Of a stretch of 15,590 nucleotides of DNA, positions 8,139-15,518 are shown piece after piece. The DNA is from a bacterium (lineage in GTDB: Bacteria > RBG-13-61-14 > DATKZS01), in contig JAWOBU010000250.1 in the NCBI GenBank assembly GCA_046484135.1, forward strand, positions 1 to 15,590, in the 5' to 3' direction. Made by a program: the position numbers and the translations under genes. Each line of letters starts with the position of its first letter. Position 1 is the stretch's first letter. The notes below the pieces were generated by a model. The model was given only the letters and a program-made list of their open reading frames with translations. It had not been told where the DNA came from and did not search any database.

Positions 8139-9175
8139 TGCTTATACACCTCCGTCGGTCCCAGGGCCTCGCACCACGGGCTGTCCGGAAAGTCCTTCAG
8201 CCACTCCAGCTTCCCGAAGTGCTTCATGCAGGCTATGCACTGGAAATGGTCCAGGTAGTTAAGCTCGCCTGAAGCTATCTTTTCAATCCTTTTTCTCTGA
8301 AGACCGGCGATAACGTCTACCAGCCGCCGGTGGGCGTCCCACAGGTCCGTCCGGGAGAGGTCGGCGATCACGTCCGGCTCCGGCCTTTGTTCGTCCTGGC
8401 CCCGCACGCCCGGCAACATGCAGCATACACAAAGACGGCCGCCCGCGTCAACGTACCAGTCCATCATGGCTAGAGAGAAGCAGGTATAAAACGCCTGCGG
8501 GATGTATTTGCCGGTGGCCATCTGGACCTGCATCTTAAGCTCGCCGGCCATCCTTTGAACGATGGCCTCCGATTTCCGGCATTCCTCCGGCCGGGGCATG
8601 ATGTCCGCTTCCATGTTCTCCGGCGTCGGCAGCATGGGGCTCATCTCGAGGGTGGAGACGCCCAGGTGGGAGATCTCCAGGATGTCCTGTTCCAGGGTCT
8701 CCAGGTTGTGTCTGCCGATTGTGTACTTGACGAAAACGGGTATCCCTTCGGTTTTCAAAGCCATGATGGCTTCCATGGCCTTTTTGAAGGTCCCGCGGCC
8801 CCTGATGAAATCGTTGCTTTCCGGCCGGGTCCCTTCTATGCTTACCGCCACGTGGGAGAGGTGTTTTCTAATGGAGGGGTTTTTCAAAAGATCGAGCTTC
8901 TTTTTGAGCATCTGCCCGTTGGTGACAAAGGAGAAGGTGAAGTCCAAGTCCGCCAGCAACTGGAAGATGTCTTGGATTCGGGGATGAAGCAACGGCTCTC
9001 CCCCGGTCAGGGCGCTGACCTTTACGCCGTAGGCCTCCCGGGACTGGCGGAGGACCTTTTCCATGAGCTCCGGGGAGAGGTCCACCGGAGTGTCGGTCTG
9101 CCGCCTCATGCAGTGGATACAGTTCAGGTTGCACCGGGTGGTTACAGCGAACCCTATGCGGCAGAACCCCATCAT
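8135..9175 (-). CDS. Radical SAM enzyme with SPASM/Twitch-like C-terminal auxiliary Fe-S domain
   Basis: TTRCNLNCIHC (CxxxCxxC), LTGGEPLL, VTNG, VSIEG, DFIRGRGTF; C-terminal TC..x..VDAGGRLCVCC...CIAC...C. The start is re-called at ATG 9175 (ATGA overlap with the kinase stop, SD GGAAGG). The ORF-track extension to 9475 overlaps the kinase and is not protein-like. Confidence 0.9.
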   Translation of the reverse strand: MMGFCRIGFAVTTRCNLNCIHCMRRQTDTPVDLSPELMEKVLRQSREAYGVKVSALTGGEPLLHPRIQDIFQLLADLDFTFSFVTNGQMLKKKLDLLKNPSIRKHLSHVAVSIEGTRPESNDFIRGRGTFKKAMEAIMALKTEGIPVFVKYTIGRHNLETLEQDILEISHLGVSTLEMSPMLPTPENMEADIMPRPEECRKSEAIVQRMAGELKMQVQMATGKYIPQAFYTCFSLAMMDWYVDAGGRLCVCCMLPGVRGQDEQRPEPDVIADLSRTDLWDAHRRLVDVIAGLQRKRIEKIASGELNYLDHFQCIACMKHFGKLEWLKDFPDSPWCEALGPTEVYKQ

Positions 9176-10206
9176 GCACCTTCCCGGGCCATGTCTCTTG
9201 CCTTCTCGAAGAGCTCGCGCGTCTTGGCAGGGCTTCCCTTTATGCTTCGATTCAGTTTGGCCTGGAAAGCGCCGGCGTGGTTCACGAGCCTTTTCAGGCT
9301 TTCCAGGTGCAGCGGCGCGATATCGGGATGGAACATGACCGCCAGGCTCTGGGGCAGGAGCCTGGGGAAAGCGTCCTGCTTGGGCAAGGGCACGAGCTCG
9401 GACGTATCGGAGACCTCGGGAAAGAGGATGATGGAAGGGTTTTTCATGGAGGAGATTCTTTTTTGGTGGAACCATTCATCCGGCCGGAGCCGCTTTTTGT
9501 CATTATAGGGCGAGTACTCGGGCAGGTCCCGGAAGCGCGCGAACTCCGTGCTATCCGACACCAGGTCGCCGGGAAGGTGGAAGTCGCGGACAAAGCCCAC
9601 CACTTCTACCTCGGAGTCGCCGACAAGCCGGACAAACACGGTGTCGTCGGACAGGAACTTATAGCCGGCCTCGATAAGGGAAAGGGTGAGCGAGGTCTTG
9701 CCCACGCCCGAGTTGCCGCTGATTAAGTAGCCGGTGCCGTCCGGTCCCATCAGCGCGGCCGCGTGCAGGTAATAAAGCCCGTGGAACCGGAGCCCTTCGA
9801 ACAGGGACAGGTTAAACAAGAGGTCCACGAAAAATTCCGGCCCGCCGTCCTCCAGCGTCCGGTCGCTCAGGTTGCCGGTGAGGGCCGTCCCGCTCCGGTC
9901 GAGCTCCAGGGTGGAGAAGTAATCCGTAAAAAAGGTCTTGCCCGAGATGTAAAAGCTCTGAAGCCGGTCGTAATGAAGCACGGGCTTGGCTTCGTCGGGC
10001 ACGGGAGAGGACGCGTGGCCGTGCTTTATGGAGACGGCGAGGCCCTGTTCGCTCTGCGGTTTTTCCCGGAGCCGGTAGGGGGCGAGATGCTCGCGGATGC
10101 GCTCATGCACGTCCGGGTGGTCGCACTCCACCCTTACGTTGACTCCCGCGATCGAGTAAAAGGAGCAGTCCTTTCCCCCGCTTTCTATGGCAAGGTTGCG
10201 TTCCAT
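9172..10206 (-). CDS. HPr kinase-related P-loop kinase (HPr-rel-A / lasso-cluster kinase-like)
   Basis: LHAAAL, Walker A GNSGVGKT, and GYKFLSDD, the HprK C-terminal signature. It lacks a recognisable canonical HprK N-terminal domain. SD AGAGGA upstream of ATG 10206. Confidence 0.82.
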   Translation of the reverse strand: MERNLAIESGGKDCSFYSIAGVNVRVECDHPDVHERIREHLAPYRLREKPQSEQGLAVSIKHGHASSPVPDEAKPVLHYDRLQSFYISGKTFFTDYFSTLELDRSGTALTGNLSDRTLEDGGPEFFVDLLFNLSLFEGLRFHGLYYLHAAALMGPDGTGYLISGNSGVGKTSLTLSLIEAGYKFLSDDTVFVRLVGDSEVEVVGFVRDFHLPGDLVSDSTEFARFRDLPEYSPYNDKKRLRPDEWFHQKRISSMKNPSIILFPEVSDTSELVPLPKQDAFPRLLPQSLAVMFHPDIAPLHLESLKRLVNHAGAFQAKLNRSIKGSPAKTRELFEKARDMAREGA

Positions 10207-10224
10207 CCGCTTTCCTCTAGTTTT

Positions 10225-10406
10225 CCCAGGGCTTGCCTGCCTGTGCGTTCCGCACGCAGACAGGCGCCCTGGGCTATAGTCCTTCCGTCCTTTTCAGGGC
10301 GCGGATTCGAGGCTGTCGAGTCCCAACGGGACGGCGGCCTAAAGCCCGGGGCGTAAGCCCCGGGGAAAATTTTTGACGAATCGAATATAAGCCCTGTAAG
10401 GGCGAC
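10225..10406. repeat. Cluster of inverted REP-like hairpin units
   Basis: Minus-strand unit GCCCTGAAAAGGACGG...AGCCCAGGGCG[insert]CAAGCCCTGGG (10225-10300). Plus-strand unit GTCCC-AAC-GGGAC...AGCCCGGGGC-GTAA-GCCCCGGG (10320-10364), then GCCCT-GTA-AGGGCGAC (10391-10406). The two long hairpins are near-identical inverted copies. Confidence 0.7.
10236..10264. mobile_element. 29-bp palindromic mini-element inserted in the loop of a REP-like hairpin
   Basis: CCTGCCTGTGCGTTCCGCACGCAGACAGG has imperfect terminal inverted repeats CCTGCCTG/CAGACAGG and an inner stem GTGCG-TTC-CGCAC. Deleting it restores CCCAGGGC-TTGC-GCCCTGGG, the inverted counterpart of the intact hairpin at 10345-10364. Confidence 0.55.
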
Positions 10407-10443
10407 GCCAAAAATGGCAATTACATATGATACATTACACTAG

Positions 10444-10472
10444 ATTCTAAATAAAGCGCCGGCAAAAGTAAA
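10444..10472 (-). promoter_or_regulatory. Putative sigma70 promoter of the kinase-rSAM-lipoprotein-B2-sulfotransferase-galK operon
   Basis: On the minus strand: TTTACT (10472-10467), 17-bp spacer, TAGAAT (10449-10444), in the AT-rich patch of the divergent intergenic region. Confidence 0.6.
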
Positions 10473-10629
10473 GACGCACTTATAAGTTTGTGCCGAGCGG
10501 CTGCCGTCGGGTTTCACCGGCGCCGGCTCTCTGCCGGGCTGACGGAGAGGCCGGCGCGATTGGCAGGTCGCCTCGCTTTTGCGGCGGCCTTTCGAGTAGC
10601 GGGAATAACAAGTCGGGAGGAGGAGAAAG

Positions 10630-11049
10630 ATGGCGGTAGTAAGGAGCGGTTTCGAGGTTAAGAGCCGGGGATTCACGGACGTGATTGATATCACGGGCCG
10701 GGTCTCGGATGCCCTTTCCGGGTCGGGTCTTTCGGACGGCATTGCGCTGGTGTTCGTGGCCGGGTCCACTGCCAGCGTAACCAGCATCGAGTACGAGAGC
10801 GGCGCGGTAAGCGACTTGAAGCGGGCGATGGAAGAGATGGCGCCGGAGGACGGCGATTACGCCCACAACGAGAGGTGGCACGACGGCAACGGTTTCTCCC
10901 ACGTGCGGGCCGCGCTTTCCGGCAGCGGCTTCAGCGTGCCTTTTTCGGACGGCAGGCTTGTGCTGGGCACCTGGCAGCAGATAGTTCTCCTGGACCACGA
11001 CAACCGCTCCCGCGGGCGGGAGGTCATCGTGCAGATGGTGGGGGAGTAG
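10630..11049 (+). CDS. yjbQ: YjbQ/UPF0047 family protein (secondary thiamine-phosphate synthase-like)
   Basis: 139 aa with DITGRV, G...VFVAGSTASV..IEYE.G...DL, Y.HN..WHDGNGFSHVRAAL.G and LVLGTWQQIVLLDHDNR.RGR. Strong SD GGAGGAGGAG. Confidence 0.92.
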   Translation: MAVVRSGFEVKSRGFTDVIDITGRVSDALSGSGLSDGIALVFVAGSTASVTSIEYESGAVSDLKRAMEEMAPEDGDYAHNERWHDGNGFSHVRAALSGSGFSVPFSDGRLVLGTWQQIVLLDHDNRSRGREVIVQMVGE

Positions 11050-11120
11050 CTCTCGCCGATTAATCGGGACCTCCGTCGCTTGCACGTTGGAAAGTTTTTG
11101 AAAGCGGCTTTAGATGTCGT

Positions 11121-11149
11121 AAAAAAGGGGGACGGAATTTCCGTCCCCC
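11121..11149 (-). terminator. Rho-independent terminator downstream of pilY1
   Basis: Inverted repeat GGGGGACGGAA/TTCCGTCCCCC (11127-11149) followed on the minus strand by T6 (11126-11121), 24 nt after the pilY1 stop. Confidence 0.8.
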
Positions 11150-11172
11150 CTGGTTGCAGTTGTTTCTCCGGG

Positions 11173-14100
11173 TCAGAACTGTACCCCTTCACCCCAGGAG
11201 AGGGTTGTTGCCAGGGTGGCGCCTGCACTGTGGGCCTGGTGGAGCTCTCCGGCGTCCTCTGTCAGCGAGGAGATGGTATCGTAGACCTTTTCGTTCAACA
11301 CGGTCATTTCCGACATGGAGTCCGTTTCCTCGTGAGGTTCGCCTTCTTCGCCCCATCCTTCTATGCCCTCGCCGGTTATGTAATTGAGCTTCCAGAGCCT
11401 TGCGGTTCCGGTGGAGCAGGCTTCCTTGGAGTCGGGCAGATAGGTCTTGAACATCAGTGTCCCTTCCAGGATGACGGGCGAGGTTATGACCTTTTCGCCC
11501 GGCTCGAACTCGATGGGCCAGGCAGTGGTGCCGTGGGTCTCCTCTGTAAAGAGCTGTCCGTAGGAGCACTCTCCGAGAGCGTCGGTGTCCTCCACCGCGT
11601 AGTAGTAGTTGACGGTCTCTTCGTCCATGGCGTACTCCTTGATTTCCATGTGTCCGCTGCCGAAGTAGACGAAGAGCTCGCCGTTCGGGCCGCGCACCAG
11701 GCTGGGAGTGTACCAGATCGGCTTCCTCTGCTCGTCGGAGAGGTCTTCCGCGTCCAGGTCGCCGTCGCCGTTCTGGTCGGCCATGTCGTAGAAGAGACAT
11801 TGCTCCCAGTCGTCGGGGTTGGGACTGGCCATGTTGATCTTCCAGACCCTTCCCTGGTAGTCGGGGACATAGGCCCAGTCAAACGCGGAATCGTTGTTCA
11901 GGTCCAGCATGATGGGAGAGCCGGGCACCATGTTGGTGTTGTCCACGCTATGATCAAAGTCGGGGTTCCCGGGATAGCTGTAAGAGTCCTGGTCGTAAAG
12001 CTCGAACTTCCGGATGGACTCGCCGTTTTCCACGTTCACGGTGTAGAAGAAGCCGCCTTCGTCAGGCTCTAATACCCATTCGTCAAGGTCTTGTACGTCA
12101 TAGAAGTCCTGGAGTCCTCCGCCGAAGAAGGCGGTGGGCTGTTTTACTCTGACGGTGGTTCCGTCCTGGACCTCTTCGATATTGGTGAAGCCGGTAACCG
12201 GGGTTGACCATGCAAAACCCAGGGTTCCGTCCTCGAACCTCCACAAGGGCTCGATTTTATCGGAGCGGTCCCCGGAGTGGCTGGGATAGGTGATGTCCAG
12301 GGCGTGGTAGCTCTTTCCTCCGCCTCCCAGGCCGGCCACCAGCACGGTGTGCCAGTCGTCCGCAGGGTCGTCGGAGTTCCCGTGGGGGAAGTAGAGGTCG
12401 AAGATAACCGGCATTCCGTCCACCCCGTAGAGCTTGCGCTGGCCGGTATACATCTCGGGCAGATAGGGCAGCATGTCCTGGGGAACATAAGCGAACAGCT
12501 CCTTGCCTCCCTGGAAGGCGGGGGACTCCATGTCCTTCAGGTTGAGAGCGTGGAGCATCCCCCGGGTGGTCCCCACGTACACGGTATCGGGCCTGCCCGC
12601 GTCCTCCACCGAGTTGCTCCACTGTGCGTAATAGGGCATTTGGGAGTAAAGCGGGCTCGAGGGAACGGCCGGCACCACCTGGGGCTTGGAGTGGTAGATG
12701 CCCCCCAGGTCCCAATTCAGGGTATCGCCGTTGCTGAAGGTGGCGTCGTCTTCGCCTTTGACAATGTCTATCACGGCATCGAATTCATCGGTGGGACATG
12801 TTTCGTTGTCGTAGTAGAGGTCCGTGCATATCCAACTGTCTACGTAATCTTTTGCCGTGTTTCCTTCGTTTAGTTGCATGGAGGTGAATATCTCCCGGTT
12901 AGCAGGGTCCATATCGGTAAGGATTTGTCCGGCGTCCTTGGGGTCCCAGAAGAAGGAGGTGTCGCCCGACAGGGAGCTCAACTGGTAGGCGTACATGTGG
13001 CCTTCCCACAGGGGAGAGCCGCCGCCCACGTGGAAGTAGGTGGTAATGGCGGCGTCGCCGGTAACCGATATTTCCGGCGCCGTCCTTGCGAAGTTCCCCT
13101 CCATGATGCGGGAGAAGATTGCCTCCAGGGCCGCGTCCAGCTCCGCCTGGTTGTCCACCACCAAGGGCTTCTCGGTATCTCCTTGCAAATTCGGGTCGTA
13201 AGCCGACTCCGCGGCTGCCGTCCACTGGTCCATGGCAGGTTTATTGAGCTCCCCGAAGACGATTAAGTAGGTCTTGACGCCCCAGGGCCTGGTGCTGCAG
13301 CTTTGCCGCGTGCCGTCGGGACAGAAGGCGAAGTCCCAGAAGTTTTCATCATAGGGCTCGTCCCGGAGGTCGGTGTTGGAGTAATCAAAGTCGGGCCGGT
13401 CTTTGGGGTCCCACGAACCTGTGATCATGTTGCCGGCCGGTCCGAAAGAGACCCGTTTTATCCAGTACTTGATGCTGGGAGTGTCCTCCGGCGGAGGATG
13501 CATGGCCTCTCCCAGTCCGCCCTGGGCGTTGCCCATTATTCCGATCAGGAAGTTCAGGCGGCACCGGTTCTGGTACTCGGGGTCGTCCTGGATAACGTGC
13601 AGGGAATCGCCGGAGACCTGGGTGATGTCATCCGGTTCCGGGAGCTGATAGAACATGGAGGGGTCATAGGTGTCCTCGGAGTGGGAGCCGTCCCATCCCT
13701 CCATCTGCAAGTCGTAGAAGTAGCGGAAGAAGTCGTGAAACACCGCGTCCACCGGCGGGTTACTGCCGAACTTATAGGGCGGGTCGGTCCGGAGGGCGTT
13801 CTGGAGCAGCCGGTTCTGTTCGCCGGGGGAGGTGTCCGGGTAGGACTTCTCGTACTCCGCCCAGGAAGGCGGGTTCCAGAACAGGTTGTTGCCCACGCAC
13901 TGGCCGGCGTCGTGGGGCGGGAAGTCGTCCGGATCGCATTTCTGATCGGTGTCGTAGACATGGAAGGCGTAGTTCACGCCCCGGTAGCGGTCCATGATGC
14001 CGGGGAAAGCGTCCCAGGTCTTTTCGTAGCCCAGCCCGTCGTAATCGGAGTCGTCCACCGTGTTGCCCGGGCCTATGAAAAACCCGCCGTAGTAGGGGGC

Positions 14101-15471
14101 CAACGGGTCGAACTCGGAGTCTGTTTTTGGGGGGACCTCCAGTGCATCTCGCAGGAAGGTATCTATCCGGGTACTGCTCGTGGAGTCGAACACGAACTCG
14201 CGAATTTCCTTAATGGTTGTTCCGTCCTTGGTGTAGTAGGGAATCTCATTCAGATTGTCCACCTCGGTTACGTAGTCCAGCTCGTTCAGCATATCACTTT
14301 TGACATCAGCTTCGTCCACCTCGCCGCCGCTGGATATGGCGACAAAGCCGCTGTCGCCGGAAGCGCAACCCTCGTAAATCTGGACGTCGGTTATATTGCC
14401 GTCGTGAATCGGCTCGTCTGTTTGAAAGCTCCAGTCTTGCGCTCTCCGGTCTCCCCAGACCTCTTCCTTTTCCACCGGACAATACCCGGACACGCCGAGG
14501 TCCGCGCCCCAGGTCTCAATAGTAGTAGCGTTTTGTACCATGAGCTCGGCGTCTGCGTGTTTGTCGGGATCGTACTTTACAAAGTAGGTGGTGTTGGGGT
14601 CGCTGTAGTCGAAGTCAACGTCATTAGGCCAGTAACAGCGCTTGAAGTCGCTTCTGGTGTCCTGCTTGTAACAGAGTCCCTGTCTTTCTGTGTAGGGGTC
14701 TTTCCAGTAATCGGTCCAGGTCGCGCTACTGTTGGCGGGAGCTTCTACCACCGGCACCACCTTGAAGCCGGACACACCACCGGTCCCGGTGACCCCGCTC
14801 GTATCGTAGTTGAAGTACTCTATCATGGCGTCCGCATAGGTCATGTCGTTGTCTGAGGGGCTCCCGTGCGTCCACACCTCATAGCCGTCGTTAAAGCTTC
14901 CGTCCTCGAGGATAAGGGTCTGGTCCGTGCCTCTTCTCTCCAGGTAGTAGTGGCTCAGGCCCGGCTCCACGTAATCCCTCATGTAAGCGGGAAGGTTGTC
15001 CAGGGAGTCCAGATAGGAGGTATTTCCGGAAAGCAGGGGGTCGTCCTCATAGTAGAAGATGAAGCTTTCGCCGGTAGGGGAGGGGACCCATCCGGTCCCT
15101 GCGTTGTTGAGCCTGACCCGCAAGACGTCCACTATTCCCTCGCTGACCACGTCGCCCAGGAACACCCACTGGCTGTAGCTCCAGGGGTAATGGGGATGGT
15201 GCACCCGATCGCCGTCGGTGTAGACCGCTTCGTTATAGCCGGCAATGACTTTGGTGGCCACTTCTATCCGGGTGGTTTTCTCATTGAGGAAGGTGTCGGT
15301 ATAGCTCTGGTGCATAGAACCGGCGTCGTCCAGGAACAGGTGGACGTTGGGCCTTCCCATCTCGAAGAGGTTTGTCGGCGGCTCCGCGTAGTACTGGGCC
15401 TTGGCCGTAGTGGCGGCCAGCAAGAACACGGCCGCGGCCGTAACCAGCTTTACTGTAGTGGAGAGCTTCAT
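11173..15471 (-). CDS. pilY1: PilY1/PilC-family type IV pilus tip adhesin (signal peptide, split degenerate vWA-like domain, C-terminal PilC beta-propeller)
   Basis: Signal peptide ending AKA-Q. PilC/PilY1 motifs WEGHMYAY, DAGQIL..R.IFT, LGGIYHSKP, VYVGTTRGMLHA, GKELFAYVP, YGVDGMP, WHTVLVAGLGGGG.SYHALDIT, LGFAWSTP, Ca-loop DLNNDSAFDWAYVPDYQGRVWK, YFGSG, GEKVITSP, and C-terminal SWGE. SD GGAGGGAGGG. Confidence 0.85.
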   Translation of the reverse strand: MKLSTTVKLVTAAAVFLLAATTAKAQYYAEPPTNLFEMGRPNVHLFLDDAGSMHQSYTDTFLNEKTTRIEVATKVIAGYNEAVYTDGDRVHHPHYPWSYSQWVFLGDVVSEGIVDVLRVRLNNAGTGWVPSPTGESFIFYYEDDPLLSGNTSYLDSLDNLPAYMRDYVEPGLSHYYLERRGTDQTLILEDGSFNDGYEVWTHGSPSDNDMTYADAMIEYFNYDTSGVTGTGGVSGFKVVPVVEAPANSSATWTDYWKDPYTERQGLCYKQDTRSDFKRCYWPNDVDFDYSDPNTTYFVKYDPDKHADAELMVQNATTIETWGADLGVSGYCPVEKEEVWGDRRAQDWSFQTDEPIHDGNITDVQIYEGCASGDSGFVAISSGGEVDEADVKSDMLNELDYVTEVDNLNEIPYYTKDGTTIKEIREFVFDSTSSTRIDTFLRDALEVPPKTDSEFDPLAPYYGGFFIGPGNTVDDSDYDGLGYEKTWDAFPGIMDRYRGVNYAFHVYDTDQKCDPDDFPPHDAGQCVGNNLFWNPPSWAEYEKSYPDTSPGEQNRLLQNALRTDPPYKFGSNPPVDAVFHDFFRYFYDLQMEGWDGSHSEDTYDPSMFYQLPEPDDITQVSGDSLHVIQDDPEYQNRCRLNFLIGIMGNAQGGLGEAMHPPPEDTPSIKYWIKRVSFGPAGNMITGSWDPKDRPDFDYSNTDLRDEPYDENFWDFAFCPDGTRQSCSTRPWGVKTYLIVFGELNKPAMDQWTAAAESAYDPNLQGDTEKPLVVDNQAELDAALEAIFSRIMEGNFARTAPEISVTGDAAITTYFHVGGGSPLWEGHMYAYQLSSLSGDTSFFWDPKDAGQILTDMDPANREIFTSMQLNEGNTAKDYVDSWICTDLYYDNETCPTDEFDAVIDIVKGEDDATFSNGDTLNWDLGGIYHSKPQVVPAVPSSPLYSQMPYYAQWSNSVEDAGRPDTVYVGTTRGMLHALNLKDMESPAFQGGKELFAYVPQDMLPYLPEMYTGQRKLYGVDGMPVIFDLYFPHGNSDDPADDWHTVLVAGLGGGGKSYHALDITYPSHSGDRSDKIEPLWRFEDGTLGFAWSTPVTGFTNIEEVQDGTTVRVKQPTAFFGGGLQDFYDVQDLDEWVLEPDEGGFFYTVNVENGESIRKFELYDQDSYSYPGNPDFDHSVDNTNMVPGSPIMLDLNNDSAFDWAYVPDYQGRVWKINMASPNPDDWEQCLFYDMADQNGDGDLDAEDLSDEQRKPIWYTPSLVRGPNGELFVYFGSGHMEIKEYAMDEETVNYYYAVEDTDALGECSYGQLFTEETHGTTAWPIEFEPGEKVITSPVILEGTLMFKTYLPDSKEACSTGTARLWKLNYITGEGIEGWGEEGEPHEETDSMSEMTVLNEKVYDTISSLTEDAGELHQAHSAGATLATTLSWGEGVQF

Positions 15472-15518
15472 TTTCCCTCCCTCCTTTTCCTGTCTTTTCG
15501 ACCGTTCATTTTATTTCA

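Noticed and set aside
9176..9475. 100-aa N-terminal extension of the radical SAM in the ORF track (possible RRE)
   Set aside because: It overlaps the kinase CDS in another frame and is low-complexity R/P/G-rich. The ATGA-coupled start at 9175 has its own SD.
10225..10406. CRISPR array
   Set aside because: The units are inverted, irregularly spaced and non-identical, with no repeat-spacer periodicity and no cas genes.
10274..10420. 48-aa minus-strand ORF (TTG start; LPFLASPLQGLYSIRQKFSPGLTPRALGRRPVGTRQPRIRALKRTEGL) as the RiPP precursor
   Set aside because: It has no SD and a weak start, it is a translation of the REP hairpins, and it has no YxxP/Thr(-2) leader or core-like segment.
10490..10629. 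TPP riboswitch upstream of yjbQ
   Set aside because: The conserved CUGAGA and ACCUG...AAU...GCGNAGG elements are absent.
11056..11067. Perfect 12-bp palindrome CCGATTAATCGG after the yjbQ stop
   Set aside because: It is a single short copy with no U-tract, so no function can be assigned from this window.
13303..14856. 517-aa plus-strand ORF, and similar ones at 11080-12072 and 14866-15582
   Set aside because: These are antisense shadows of pilY1 with the V/G-rich composition expected from reverse-read Asp/Thr/Tyr/Pro codons.
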